Of a stretch of 64,000 bases of DNA, positions 10,340-19,928 are shown piece by piece; the first letter of the stretch is position 1; the number at the start of each line of letters is the position of its first letter. Position numbers and translations under genes: made by a program. A model generated the notes under the pieces. It saw nothing but the letters and a program-made list of their open reading frames with translations. It had not been told where the DNA came from and did no database searches. The DNA comes from an uncultured Candidatus Saccharibacteria bacterium (lineage in GTDB: Bacteria; Patescibacteriota; Minisyncoccia; Portnoybacterales; UBA2143), in contig CAZQUN010000001.1 of NCBI GenBank assembly GCA_964596615.1, forward strand, positions 66,786 through 130,785. The letters run 5' to 3'.

Positions 10340-11288
10340 AATATTTTGTTAATTCAATTAAAGAATCTTTAATATCAAATTTTGGCTGATAGCCAAGTTC
10401 TTTTTCAGCCCTGCTAATATCATAGCGCTGATTTTTAGTCAGCAGATTAATCCGATAAACATCTAAGGGAGGATTTTTAAAAAATAATTCTGCTAAAAGA
10501 CCAATAGATTTCGCTAAAAAAACAGGAAGGGTTAATGGAAATATTTTAACTTTAAGGACTTGGGAGATTAAAGAAACAATCTCTCTTATTCTCAAAGCCT
10601 GACCATCCCCAATAATATATATCCTTCCAATAGAATTCTTGTTTTCCAAAACAAGGATAAAGGCCTCAACTAAGTTCCTAACATCAACCAAATGAAGATA
10701 ATTATCGCCTTTTCCAATTTGAAAATAGTTTCTTTGTTTTATCATTTTAATTAATTTAAAAATCATGCCATCAAAGTCATTTCTGCCATAGATAATTGTC
10801 GGACGAACAATTGTCGCCCTATGCCCTAAACCAATCGCTTCCTTAACTTTCTTTTCAGCTTCAATTTTTGATAAATGATAATATTGATTGCCTCTGGTTG
10901 TCTGATAAGGAGAATTATCTAAGGCAATTTTCTCCTTTGGCCAGCCCAAAACCCCAACGCTGCTGCAATGAATAATTCTTTTTTCCTTGCCAGCTGCTTT
11001 TAATATATTTTCTGTTCCTTTAACATTAACTTCCCAGTAATCTTTTTTGGATTTATCTGTCTGTCCCCGGATGGCAGCTAAATGAAAAACAACCTCAACG
11101 TCCGAAGTGATTTTTTTCAAAAACTCTAAGTCAGTTATCTGGCCATAGACAACCTCAGCGCCAATTCTTTCCAATTCTTTTCCATTTTGACGGACAAGGC
11201 ATTTAACTCTGAAATTTTTTCTCAATAATTCCTTAACTAAATTAGAGCCAATAAAACCTGTTGCTCCAGTAACTAATATTTTAGACAT
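10317..11288 (-). CDS. NAD-dependent sugar epimerase/dehydratase (SDR family)
   Basis: N-terminal ILVTGATGFIGSNLVKEL Rossmann motif; conserved YxxxK region. Confidence 0.8.
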   Translation of the reverse strand: MSKILVTGATGFIGSNLVKELLRKNFRVKCLVRQNGKELERIGAEVVYGQITDLEFLKKITSDVEVVFHLAAIRGQTDKSKKDYWEVNVKGTENILKAAGKEKRIIHCSSVGVLGWPKEKIALDNSPYQTTRGNQYYHLSKIEAEKKVKEAIGLGHRATIVRPTIIYGRNDFDGMIFKLIKMIKQRNYFQIGKGDNYLHLVDVRNLVEAFILVLENKNSIGRIYIIGDGQALRIREIVSLISQVLKVKIFPLTLPVFLAKSIGLLAELFFKNPPLDVYRINLLTKNQRYDISRAEKELGYQPKFDIKDSLIELTKYYDRSGYL

Positions 11289-12379
11289 TATTCCAAAAGC
11301 CCTTTTAAAAAATATTTAAGAGTTAAAAACAAGTTCTGAGGGATACTGGTGTTAGCCGCAACAGCTAAATAGCATCCTGGGCAATTCTCTAATTTTCTCT
11401 TTTTGACTAGTTTTCTGATTTCTTTCGCCCGGCTTGAAAACCAGATCTTTCTGAAATCATATCCAGCCCGATGTAAATTGCCCATCGGATAATGATCAGC
11501 CATCATGCAACAAATCCAGACATTACCATTAGTTGTGATCTGAGTGTGATTAAAACTAGCATAACAAGGCAGGCCATTGCCCTTAATATATTTATCAATA
11601 TATATTCTTCTGACCAAATCAATCAATTTGGTTGTATTCTTTTTAGTACTGTAGCTTTTAACTACATTAACCAAATCCTCTTTTTTAGGCAAAATATCTG
11701 TTCCCATTGTTCCTAATTCAAATCTTAATTCCGAGGGCTCCATCTTAAAAGAATCCGGGTTAAAGTTTTTAACAACATAGTCATAGATTCGAGGAACTTT
11801 CTGGTAATTCCATTTACTGACAACGGTGTGAATGCCTAAATTCAAATTCTTGTACTTTTTTTGAAGCTCTTTAGTTATCTCAATTGTTTCAACAAGTTTT
11901 TCCCAATTCCCTTCCATCCCTCTAATTTTATCATGGTCCTGGCCAATGCCGTCTAAGGACAGATTAACCGTAACATCACTTTTAATTCCCTGGCTTAAAA
12001 ACTTATCCATAATTTCCAAGTATCTTTTCGGCATTGAACCATTATGACAAATGACTAAAATCTCAGGCCGGCAATTCTGATAAAGACCGATTAATAGTTC
12101 TAAAGCATCCTGCCTTAAAAATGGCTCTCCGCCAGTCCAAACACAAAAAGTAGTTTTGCCCATACTTTTCCAAATATCTATCCATTGCTGAGTTGTTAAT
12201 TCCTTTTCAGCCAAATCAGAGTCCTTTCGGTATTTCTCCCAAATATGACAAGTCCGGCATTTGCTATTGCAAAAATTAGTCACTGAAAAAACCGCGTTAG
12301 AAGGTAGCATTTTTGGCCAACCAAAAAAACGAAATGACTTATAACCTAAAATTTTAAAAAAGTAATTAAAATAATTCAT
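11288..12379 (-). CDS. Radical SAM protein with C-terminal SPASM-like Cys cluster
   Basis: CNSKCRTCHIW (CxxxCxxC); C-terminal CYASF..CC..CPGC cysteine-rich region. Confidence 0.7.
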   Translation of the reverse strand: MNYFNYFFKILGYKSFRFFGWPKMLPSNAVFSVTNFCNSKCRTCHIWEKYRKDSDLAEKELTTQQWIDIWKSMGKTTFCVWTGGEPFLRQDALELLIGLYQNCRPEILVICHNGSMPKRYLEIMDKFLSQGIKSDVTVNLSLDGIGQDHDKIRGMEGNWEKLVETIEITKELQKKYKNLNLGIHTVVSKWNYQKVPRIYDYVVKNFNPDSFKMEPSELRFELGTMGTDILPKKEDLVNVVKSYSTKKNTTKLIDLVRRIYIDKYIKGNGLPCYASFNHTQITTNGNVWICCMMADHYPMGNLHRAGYDFRKIWFSSRAKEIRKLVKKRKLENCPGCYLAVAANTSIPQNLFLTLKYFLKGLLE

Positions 12380-13296
12380 TGTTTTTTTAATCTAAAGCTT
12401 AAAAAAACTCCGAAAAGAGCAGGTAAATAGGAAACTAATATCAAACCACTCAAAGAAAGAGCAACTATGCTCTCTATCGAAACATCAAACTGAGAAAAAA
12501 GAAGAATTAAAGCCATTTCCCTTGTTCCTAATCCACTGATTGTAATAGGGATCAAACTAACAACGGTAGCAATCGGCAAATAGAATATTATCTGCCAAAA
12601 ACCAATATCAATATTTAGGGCTTTAACAATGAGATAACTCTGCGAATAAATTAAAAACCAGATTAAAATTGTCAAAAGAAAGGAAAAAAGCAGTTTTCTG
12701 CGACGAGGCAAGTTGTCATAGAAATCATGAAATACTTTTTTTAATGGTTCCTGGAATTTATCTGGAACAAGTTTCTTTAAAAAACCGAACAAAAACTTTG
12801 CTCTTTTCTTAGAGTAGAAAAGCAGGACTATTAGAATAAAAACGGAAGCGAAAATTGAAACTTGAAGAATTAAATTCGGGAATTGACTAATCAGCATAAT
12901 TGCTCCAATAGAAGCGAAAATTATCAAAGCTGAAATATCTAAAATCCGGTCAATGATAACACTGGCGCCAACTGCGCCAAATGAATCTCTAAGATAGCCG
13001 ATTTTGATAAAATAGCCTAGCCGGGAAGGGGTCAAAAGGGCGTAATAATGACTAACAAGCTGAACTTTAAAAAGATGCCAAAAATTATAATCCAATTTCT
13101 GGATTTTTAATAGTTTCTGCCATTTTAATGCTTGAAAAAGAAAGACTGAGAGAATAAGAAAAGGCAGAAAGGCAAAAAATGAATAATCAGCTTGTTTTAG
13201 AAGTAGCAAAAACTCGTCTAAATCAATTCTGGACAGAATTAATAGGAATAAAAGGATTCCTATCAAAGCAAGGTATTTATACCAATTTTTCCGCAT
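12376..13296 (-). CDS. Flippase-like membrane protein (lysyl-PG-synthase TM region-like / UPF0104)
   Basis: About 8 TM helices, 306 aa, directly downstream of a GT2 gene. Confidence 0.4.
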   Translation of the reverse strand: MRKNWYKYLALIGILLFLLILSRIDLDEFLLLLKQADYSFFAFLPFLILSVFLFQALKWQKLLKIQKLDYNFWHLFKVQLVSHYYALLTPSRLGYFIKIGYLRDSFGAVGASVIIDRILDISALIIFASIGAIMLISQFPNLILQVSIFASVFILIVLLFYSKKRAKFLFGFLKKLVPDKFQEPLKKVFHDFYDNLPRRRKLLFSFLLTILIWFLIYSQSYLIVKALNIDIGFWQIIFYLPIATVVSLIPITISGLGTREMALILLFSQFDVSIESIVALSLSGLILVSYLPALFGVFLSFRLKKQ

Positions 13297-13335
13297 ATTC
13301 TCTTAATAATACTCTTTATTTAACCTTTTTTCAAG

Positions 13336-13362
13336 ATAAAAAAACGAAGCCAAAGCCTCGTC
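13336..13362 (-). terminator. Intra-cluster rho-independent terminator followed by promoter-like TTGAAA-17-TATTAT
   Basis: Hairpin ACGAAGC-caaa-GCCTCGT followed by a U-run on the minus strand. This is the only gap longer than 60 bp in the 33-kb cluster. Confidence 0.4.
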
Positions 13363-13391
13363 TCTTGTAAAAATTATTCTGTTTTTTAGAC

Positions 13392-14342
13392 CTATTTTCT
13401 CTTATTAACCAACCCGTAAAAAAATCCTATTCCATAAGTTAAATGAGTTAAAATTATAGCGATAAAAATCAAAGGGCTCAAAACAAAATTAATTATTAAA
13501 CTGGTAATAATAATTATGATTAAATAGAAAGCCGTTAATAGCAAAAACATTTTAGCGATCATTAGAGACAAGAAGGAAAAAATCGTTCCAAAAACTAGAA
13601 AAAGAACAAAGGAAAAAGGAATGAAATAATAGAGTTTGTCAAAAGAAAAATCCTCTTTTATTACCCAGGCCTTATCCCGACTATAATTCCAAATCTGCCT
13701 TAAATGCGGTTTCCATAAATGACGCCTGTCATGGTAAACAACTGCTTCAGGAATATAGAGTACTTTTTTCCCCAATTTCCTAATATTAAAACAGAACTTA
13801 GCATCTTCGCCAGTCAAAAGCGTCTCATCAAAGCCATTAACTTTTAGAGCGTCTTTTCTTTTAACTATCAGATTACAAGAAGGCATTTCTTTAACCGGCA
13901 ATCCTTCTCTGAATTTTAATCTCAGCTTGTACCTTAGAGCAAAAGCGCCGCTAGCAATCGAGGAAGCAAAAATATATCCGCTGACTTTTTGGCCAATTGA
14001 GTTATCACTGGGAGTCAAATTAGGACCACCAACCGCACCGACATCATCTCTTTCAAAGTACCTCAAGGCAATTTTGAGCCAATCTTTGATTGGATAAGCA
14101 TCATCATCAACAAAAGCCAGGATTTCTCCTTTGGCTTTTTTTATAGCTATGTTTCTTTTTCTGGAAGGTTTAACTGGGCCGGTTTCAATAATCTTAATCT
14201 TATCACTACTTGGCTCGGTTGTTTTTTTATCCGGCAAAGCAATAATTTCAAAGTCCTTTTCAGATTGATTTAAGCAATGTTTAAAACATTTTCCTGCCTG
14301 AGCGCCAAATAGCGGGTATGGGATAATAATTGAAACCTTCAT
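13392..14342 (-). CDS. GT2 family glycosyltransferase
   Basis: N-terminal VSIIIPY..., DDD and DxD-like motifs, C-terminal TM helices. Confidence 0.7.
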   Translation of the reverse strand: MKVSIIIPYPLFGAQAGKCFKHCLNQSEKDFEIIALPDKKTTEPSSDKIKIIETGPVKPSRKRNIAIKKAKGEILAFVDDDAYPIKDWLKIALRYFERDDVGAVGGPNLTPSDNSIGQKVSGYIFASSIASGAFALRYKLRLKFREGLPVKEMPSCNLIVKRKDALKVNGFDETLLTGEDAKFCFNIRKLGKKVLYIPEAVVYHDRRHLWKPHLRQIWNYSRDKAWVIKEDFSFDKLYYFIPFSFVLFLVFGTIFSFLSLMIAKMFLLLTAFYLIIIIITSLIINFVLSPLIFIAIILTHLTYGIGFFYGLVNKRK

Positions 14343-15610
14343 ATGAATTTAATCTTTCTCATGGCGAAAATGACCATTTTTAACAAAATCCAGCCATGTC
14401 TGAATCGACTAATATTCGTTTCTCCGTAAATTCTTTCCTGGTATCTAATTGGCAAATCAACAATTTTCAGATTTAACTTAGCCGCTCCAAAAAGCATATC
14501 AAAATCACCAAAAGGATCAAAATCACCAAAAAACTTTCTCCCCTTCCTTATCCTTTGGTAGTCATCCCGCCACATAACTTTTGTCCCGCAAAGAGTATCT
14601 TTAATCCTTTGGTCTAAAAGCCAGGAAAACATTAAGCTAAAAAACTTATTCCCCAAAACATTCAAAAACCTCATTGATTCTTTTTCCAAAGGATAAACCA
14701 AACGACAGCCATTAATGAATTCTCCCCGGCCGCTGGTAATTGCTCGGTAAAACTTTCTTAATTCCTTTGGCCTAACTGTCATATCAGCATCTAAAATCAT
14801 TAAAATATCTTTTTTAGCGTTTCTGAAACCTTTTCTGACAGCATTGTATTTTCCTTTGCCATCCTGGACAAAAACCCTAATATTCTTATCAGAATATTTC
14901 TTTTTTACCCTTTTAATCTCTTCCAGAGTATTATCTTTTGAATCGCCTTCGACAAAAATGATTTCTGTTTCAGAACCAAGCATAGGGGTTTTTTGAACAA
15001 CCGGTTCAATATGGTCTTTTTCATTTCTGGTCGGGACAATTATTGAAACACTTGGTTTTTTCTTAATCAGCTTCTTTTCCGGTTGAGACCTAACTATGAA
15101 AAATTTTAACAAACAGAATTTTCTGATTAAAGGAAACCTTGATAAGAACCGGTTAAAAAAAGATGAAAGAAAAGGAATATATTTAGGAATTAAAAGGCGT
15201 TCCCCTTTTTTAACAACATCGAAACCGGCTAAATAGAGGAGGTTCTCAATATCAGAAGAAGCCAGCCAGTTCCGAAAGGGTTGTGGCCTTTTTAGACGGA
15301 AAAATTCAGCTAATTTCAAAACCGGCTCCCATAAATAATTGTGGTAAGTCAAAACTATTCTTGATCCGGGATTAACTACCCGGTGAAGCTGCTGGAGAGT
15401 TTTCTGAATATCTCTGGCAAAACTAATTAAATCAAGGGCAATAATATATTGATATTTTTTCCCTTTTTTCAATTGAATAGCTGGAATTTCTCCTTTAGAG
15501 CAATCTATTCTTAAAATTAAACTTTCTTTCGGAACCAAAAAGCCAAGAAGATTTTTAATCTCTTGATGATAATATTTATTCTTTTTTGCCCATTTATCTG
15601 GATTGTTCAT
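14339..15610 (-). CDS. GT2 polyprenyl-phosphate glycosyltransferase-like (DPM1/ArnC-like) with N-terminal extension
   Basis: SVSIIVPTRNEKDHI, DGKGKYNAVRKG, LDADMT motifs. Confidence 0.6.
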   Translation of the reverse strand: MNNPDKWAKKNKYYHQEIKNLLGFLVPKESLILRIDCSKGEIPAIQLKKGKKYQYIIALDLISFARDIQKTLQQLHRVVNPGSRIVLTYHNYLWEPVLKLAEFFRLKRPQPFRNWLASSDIENLLYLAGFDVVKKGERLLIPKYIPFLSSFFNRFLSRFPLIRKFCLLKFFIVRSQPEKKLIKKKPSVSIIVPTRNEKDHIEPVVQKTPMLGSETEIIFVEGDSKDNTLEEIKRVKKKYSDKNIRVFVQDGKGKYNAVRKGFRNAKKDILMILDADMTVRPKELRKFYRAITSGRGEFINGCRLVYPLEKESMRFLNVLGNKFFSLMFSWLLDQRIKDTLCGTKVMWRDDYQRIRKGRKFFGDFDPFGDFDMLFGAAKLNLKIVDLPIRYQERIYGETNISRFRHGWILLKMVIFAMRKIKFI

Positions 15611-16964
15611 CTAGATTAAAGTATCTCAAATATCGATAAACCCCATAAAAGAAAAGGATAAATAGAAATGGCTGGAATGGCAAGCGCAGCCGGGCCATGG
15701 CAGCCCAACTTGAGCCAAAAGCAATTAATCCGATAATAATTAACAGGACCAAACCGATTCGGCGTAAATCTCTTTTTTTTAACATCAAAATTGCGCCAAT
15801 TAAAGCAATTAAATTAATTAAAAGCCAAAAGCCAATACCAAAAATTCTGATTAAAAATATCTGATTGCCTTTCAAAGAAGAAGCCAAAGCTGAAAAATCT
15901 TTCTGAGTTAAAAGATTAGAAATATTGACTGAAACTGATTGGCCTAAGTCAATATTCCAAAAAGATAATATTCTTAGCCAGCCTGATTCGGTAAAAACAG
16001 GAATGGCTTTAATAATATGCCATTTTAAATATGTTAATGGCTGGGCTGTGACAACCGAGAAATTAATTTCTCTTAGAACTGGGATGTATTCGTCAACATA
16101 GCGTATTTGTTCAAAACTCTCAACGCCGGCTTTTTCAACAGCCAAGTTCTGTAAATATGCATCAGCCTGTTCCCGTGTCATTCCCTGGCTCAGGACTAAA
16201 TAGTCGCGGACTCCACCAAAAAAATACAGGAAATGATTAATATTGGAAATAGTATAGGTTCCGAACTGAACCTTATTCCTCATCATCCAAGGAGAAAGAA
16301 CTGCTAAAAATATGATTAAATAGACAATTAAGTATTTAACTAATTTAGGCCAACTCACTTTTTTCCAGAGGATAATGATGGTTGCAATTGCCAGAATCGG
16401 ATAAAAGAAAAGGGCAATCTGTCTGACAAAAGCTGCTAAAGCTAGAAAAACCGCTGACCAGATAATGAATTTCCATTTTTCTTTTTTCCAGAATAAGGCC
16501 AGAAGATAAACTGAGAGAATGAAGAAGAACATAAAAGGCGCCTCTGAAGAAGTGACATTGGATGAATAAAAGCTGAATGGCTCAAAAGCCATAAAAACCG
16601 CTGTTCCGATTGAAATGAAATTATTAAAGAAGAGGCGAGCGAACTTGTAAACGAAAACAATGAAAAATGAATAAATAATATTCTGCCAAAGAACAATAAA
16701 AAGATATTTGGGAATAATCAGCCAGGAAACAGCCATTAAAATCGGGTAGCCCGGAGCTGGATAAGAATGAGGGATTACTCCATCAGCACTGAAAATACCC
16801 TGGGTTAAAAAATTCAAACCGGCCTGAATATATCCATCCTGATCCTTGATAAAATTAATATCGCCCAATTTAAAAAAGGCGATGAGCATGTAAATTAGCC
16901 GAGGAATCAAAGCCAGAAAAAATAAAATAACAATTACCTTATTCTTTTTTATCCAGTTTTTCAT
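15594..16964 (-). CDS. GT-C fold glycosyltransferase (ArnT/PMT-like, GT39/GT83-like)
   Basis: About 12 TM helices, 456 aa, directly downstream of a DPM1/ArnC-like GT2 gene (classic lipid-P-sugar donor pair). Confidence 0.5.
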   Translation of the reverse strand: MKNWIKKNKVIVILFFLALIPRLIYMLIAFFKLGDINFIKDQDGYIQAGLNFLTQGIFSADGVIPHSYPAPGYPILMAVSWLIIPKYLFIVLWQNIIYSFFIVFVYKFARLFFNNFISIGTAVFMAFEPFSFYSSNVTSSEAPFMFFFILSVYLLALFWKKEKWKFIIWSAVFLALAAFVRQIALFFYPILAIATIIILWKKVSWPKLVKYLIVYLIIFLAVLSPWMMRNKVQFGTYTISNINHFLYFFGGVRDYLVLSQGMTREQADAYLQNLAVEKAGVESFEQIRYVDEYIPVLREINFSVVTAQPLTYLKWHIIKAIPVFTESGWLRILSFWNIDLGQSVSVNISNLLTQKDFSALASSLKGNQIFLIRIFGIGFWLLINLIALIGAILMLKKRDLRRIGLVLLIIIGLIAFGSSWAAMARLRLPFQPFLFILFFYGVYRYLRYFNLDEQSR

Positions 16965-17845
16965 TTAAATGAATTCTTAATTTCAATAGTTTGCTTAATT
17001 TTTCCTAAAAAAATCAGGGGAGAATAAAGCAGAACACTTGGCCTGAATCTGACCCATTTCAATATTATAAACCCGGTATAAAGAATCGCCAAGGGAAGGA
17101 TATAGAGATAAGCTATTAATAAGGAATTGGGCATTAGATAAGATAAATCCATTTTCATTCCTTTTCTCATTTTAACAGCATGTTTGCCGCAATGGGCCTG
17201 ATGGGCTAAAAAGCCCTTCAAATCATCCCGGTCATAATGACGAACAACTATATCTGATTTAAAATACAATTTCAGATTATTCTTCAGGGCCCGAAAACTG
17301 AATTCAGCATCTTCTCCACCATGTCCTAATTCTTCATTGAAATAGCCAATTTTTTCAAAAACACTCCTTTTAATTGAAAGATTATTGGTTGGGAAATGGA
17401 ATCTTTTGATATAGTAATCTTTGCTAAAAGGAACTGATGTCCACCAGCTGGAAAATGTATCAGCTGCTCCATAAATCGTCTTGTAAATTCCAACTACTCC
17501 CCCGCCAATTAAATCAGTCTCATTTTCCCTATGGGCTTGGACATGTCTTTTTATCCAATCCTTTTCAACCAAACTATCAGCATCGAGCAGAATAATTAAA
17601 TCTCCATCTGAATTCTTAATTCCGACATTCCTACTAAAAGCCGTCAACGACCTTGCTTGATTGGAATAGTATTTCAATCTTTTGTCTTTGATGCTTTCTA
17701 AAATCTCTAAGGTATTATCAGTTGATTTATCATCAACAACAATAACCTCAAAATTCTGATAATCATTTTCAAAAACACTCTCTAGGCATTCTCCAATTGT
17801 TTTTCCCATGTTATGAACCGGGATTATAAGACTAACTTTTCCCAT
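16961..17845 (-). CDS. GT2 family glycosyltransferase
   Basis: VSLIIPVHN...VVDDKSTDNT...LLDADS motifs. Confidence 0.7.
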   Translation of the reverse strand: MGKVSLIIPVHNMGKTIGECLESVFENDYQNFEVIVVDDKSTDNTLEILESIKDKRLKYYSNQARSLTAFSRNVGIKNSDGDLIILLDADSLVEKDWIKRHVQAHRENETDLIGGGVVGIYKTIYGAADTFSSWWTSVPFSKDYYIKRFHFPTNNLSIKRSVFEKIGYFNEELGHGGEDAEFSFRALKNNLKLYFKSDIVVRHYDRDDLKGFLAHQAHCGKHAVKMRKGMKMDLSYLMPNSLLIAYLYILPLAILYTGFIILKWVRFRPSVLLYSPLIFLGKIKQTIEIKNSFK

Positions 17846-18825
17846 TGTTTTGGATTTAAGAAAATATTATCGATTAAATTACAATTATGGTAGCAATAGC
17901 ATTCCTTTTGTTTAATACAATTCCTTTGCTCAATCGCCCTTTCTGATTTGAATAATTCCTTTAATTCTTTCTCCCTAATATTCCCATAGGGTTTTAACAT
18001 TTCGCAACTTGAAACATCGCCATTAGCATAAACAACCAGATGATGCTTCCAGGCCAGACAATCCGGAATTTGCCTCTTTTCCTTTATCACCCTTAAACTG
18101 GCATCAAAAGCTGTTCTCTGGTAATTCCTTAAAATTCTTCTTTCTAATGGCCCAAAGCCGTAATCATATTCTTTCCAAATGTCAAATATCTTATCTTTAA
18201 TCTTTAACAGCTCTTCATATGACGGGCGTCTTAAATTAGGATCTCTTGAAATTCCTCTCTGGATATTAATTGAATGAAAATCAACGCCTAACTTTTTAAC
18301 AAAATTCATCAAGTCAATTATTTCCCCGTAATTATCCTTTGAAAGGACGCTGGTAACTTTAACTCTAACTCCATCTATTTCTTTAAGTTTTCCAATTGTT
18401 TCAATCGCCTTGTTAAAAGTCCCTTCGCCTCTGATTGAATCATTGGTTTTTTCAAATCCATCTAATGAAACAGAAAGAACTATTTCAGCTTTTGTCCTTT
18501 CCTTGATTTTTTTAACCTGAGAACAAATTAATTCTCCATCAAAGCCATTGGTTGCAATGGCTATTGATTTAGTATCAAAGGTTGCGCAAATCTCATCTAA
18601 ATCATCTCTTAAAAATGGTTCTCCTCCGCCAATTTCCAGCCAGATTAATTTATCTAAATATTTTGAAATCCCTTTTATCTCTTCCAAGGTTAATTCTTTT
18701 CCTTTTAGATTATCAAAATCAACAAAACAAGTCCGGCATCTTAAATTACACCGGTTAGTAACATGAAGAATTAAATGAACCGGCTTATTAGAAAAAAAAG
18801 CGGATTTCAGTATTCTTTTTTTCAT
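17824..18825 (-). CDS. Radical SAM protein with SPASM/twitch-like C-terminal Cys motifs
   Basis: CNLRCRTCFV; IGGGEPFL; C-terminal CEMLKP...CYCYHNCN. Confidence 0.7.
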   Translation of the reverse strand: MKKRILKSAFFSNKPVHLILHVTNRCNLRCRTCFVDFDNLKGKELTLEEIKGISKYLDKLIWLEIGGGEPFLRDDLDEICATFDTKSIAIATNGFDGELICSQVKKIKERTKAEIVLSVSLDGFEKTNDSIRGEGTFNKAIETIGKLKEIDGVRVKVTSVLSKDNYGEIIDLMNFVKKLGVDFHSINIQRGISRDPNLRRPSYEELLKIKDKIFDIWKEYDYGFGPLERRILRNYQRTAFDASLRVIKEKRQIPDCLAWKHHLVVYANGDVSSCEMLKPYGNIREKELKELFKSERAIEQRNCIKQKECYCYHNCNLIDNIFLNPKQWEKLVL

Positions 18826-19928
18826 GAAATAAAGTTTAGAATATTTTCAGTTCTTTTCTGCCAGGAATATTTTTTAATATCTTCTCTGGCTTGTTTTGAA
18901 ATTCTCTCAGAAAGAGCTCCATCTTCTAAAACAATTTTAATTCCTTTGGCTAATTCTTCAGGATTATCTGGTTTAACTAAATATGAATTATTCTCATTCA
19001 AAACTTCTCTGATAGAAGGCAAATCAGAAGCGACAATTGGCCGATTACTGGCCATGTAGGTAAATAGCTTTAAAGGAGATGTCCAATATTGGGAAATCTT
19101 TTCTTTTCCTGAATTAGGCAAAACCAGAACATCAGCTGCTTTTTGATTAAAAGGCAGGTCTGTATAGGATAAATATCCAAGAAAAATGACATCAGGATAT
19201 TCTTTTTTAAGTTTTTCAACCTGTTCTTTAGTTCCGCCAATCATGACTAATTTAACTTCTTCGCTAAAAAACTTGGAAGATTCTAAAAGCGTCGAATATC
19301 CTTTCCATTCGTCAAAAAGCCCGGCGTAAAGAACAATCTTTTTATCTAAAGGCAGATTTAATTTTTCCCTTGCTTCTGTTTTTGATACTTCAATATTAAA
19401 ATCATTTAAATCAACTCCATCCGGAGCAACTAGAATCTTTTCTTCTGGAATTCCTTTTTCAATCAATTCGTTTTTTAATCCCTGGGTAATGGTAATAAGG
19501 CCTTTTGTTTTTTCTAAATCCTCTTTATTCAAACTTCTTGGTAATCTATGTATTTCGCAAAAAATATTCTCATCAGAAATACTTAAACGCTTGGCAAAGG
19601 AAATATCTCTTGTATAGATAATATTGGCTTCCTTTTTCTTTAAATATGACAAAACTGATTTAAGAAAACTTCTGCTTTGAAGCCAAAAGGAAATTCTTGG
19701 GACAAAAAATTGCATAAAATCTGTAATTTCCAAATATTTAATTTTAAAATTTTCTTCTTGGCCGTAATATTGCCAAACGCTTTCTTTTATCTCGTTTTTT
19801 CTTTTTGGAACAACTAATTCAACATTTAATCCAGCCAAAGCAAAATTCCGGCACATTTTCATGATTTGAATTCCATGCGCTTTTTCCGTCGGCATTCGAG
19901 TATTAGCAATGTAGATCAATTTTTTCAT
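18822..19928 (-). CDS. GT4 family glycosyltransferase
   Basis: GT-B fold; C-terminal EX7E-like region. Confidence 0.7.
   Translation of the reverse strand: MKKLIYIANTRMPTEKAHGIQIMKMCRNFALAGLNVELVVPKRKNEIKESVWQYYGQEENFKIKYLEITDFMQFFVPRISFWLQSRSFLKSVLSYLKKKEANIIYTRDISFAKRLSISDENIFCEIHRLPRSLNKEDLEKTKGLITITQGLKNELIEKGIPEEKILVAPDGVDLNDFNIEVSKTEAREKLNLPLDKKIVLYAGLFDEWKGYSTLLESSKFFSEEVKLVMIGGTKEQVEKLKKEYPDVIFLGYLSYTDLPFNQKAADVLVLPNSGKEKISQYWTSPLKLFTYMASNRPIVASDLPSIREVLNENNSYLVKPDNPEELAKGIKIVLEDGALSERISKQAREDIKKYSWQKRTENILNFIS

Noticed and set aside
16442-16696. Nested same-strand ORFs (also 24722..24937, 27883..28107, 58297..58929, 47626..47808)
   Set aside because: Alternative frames inside well-supported enzyme genes; no independent start signals.
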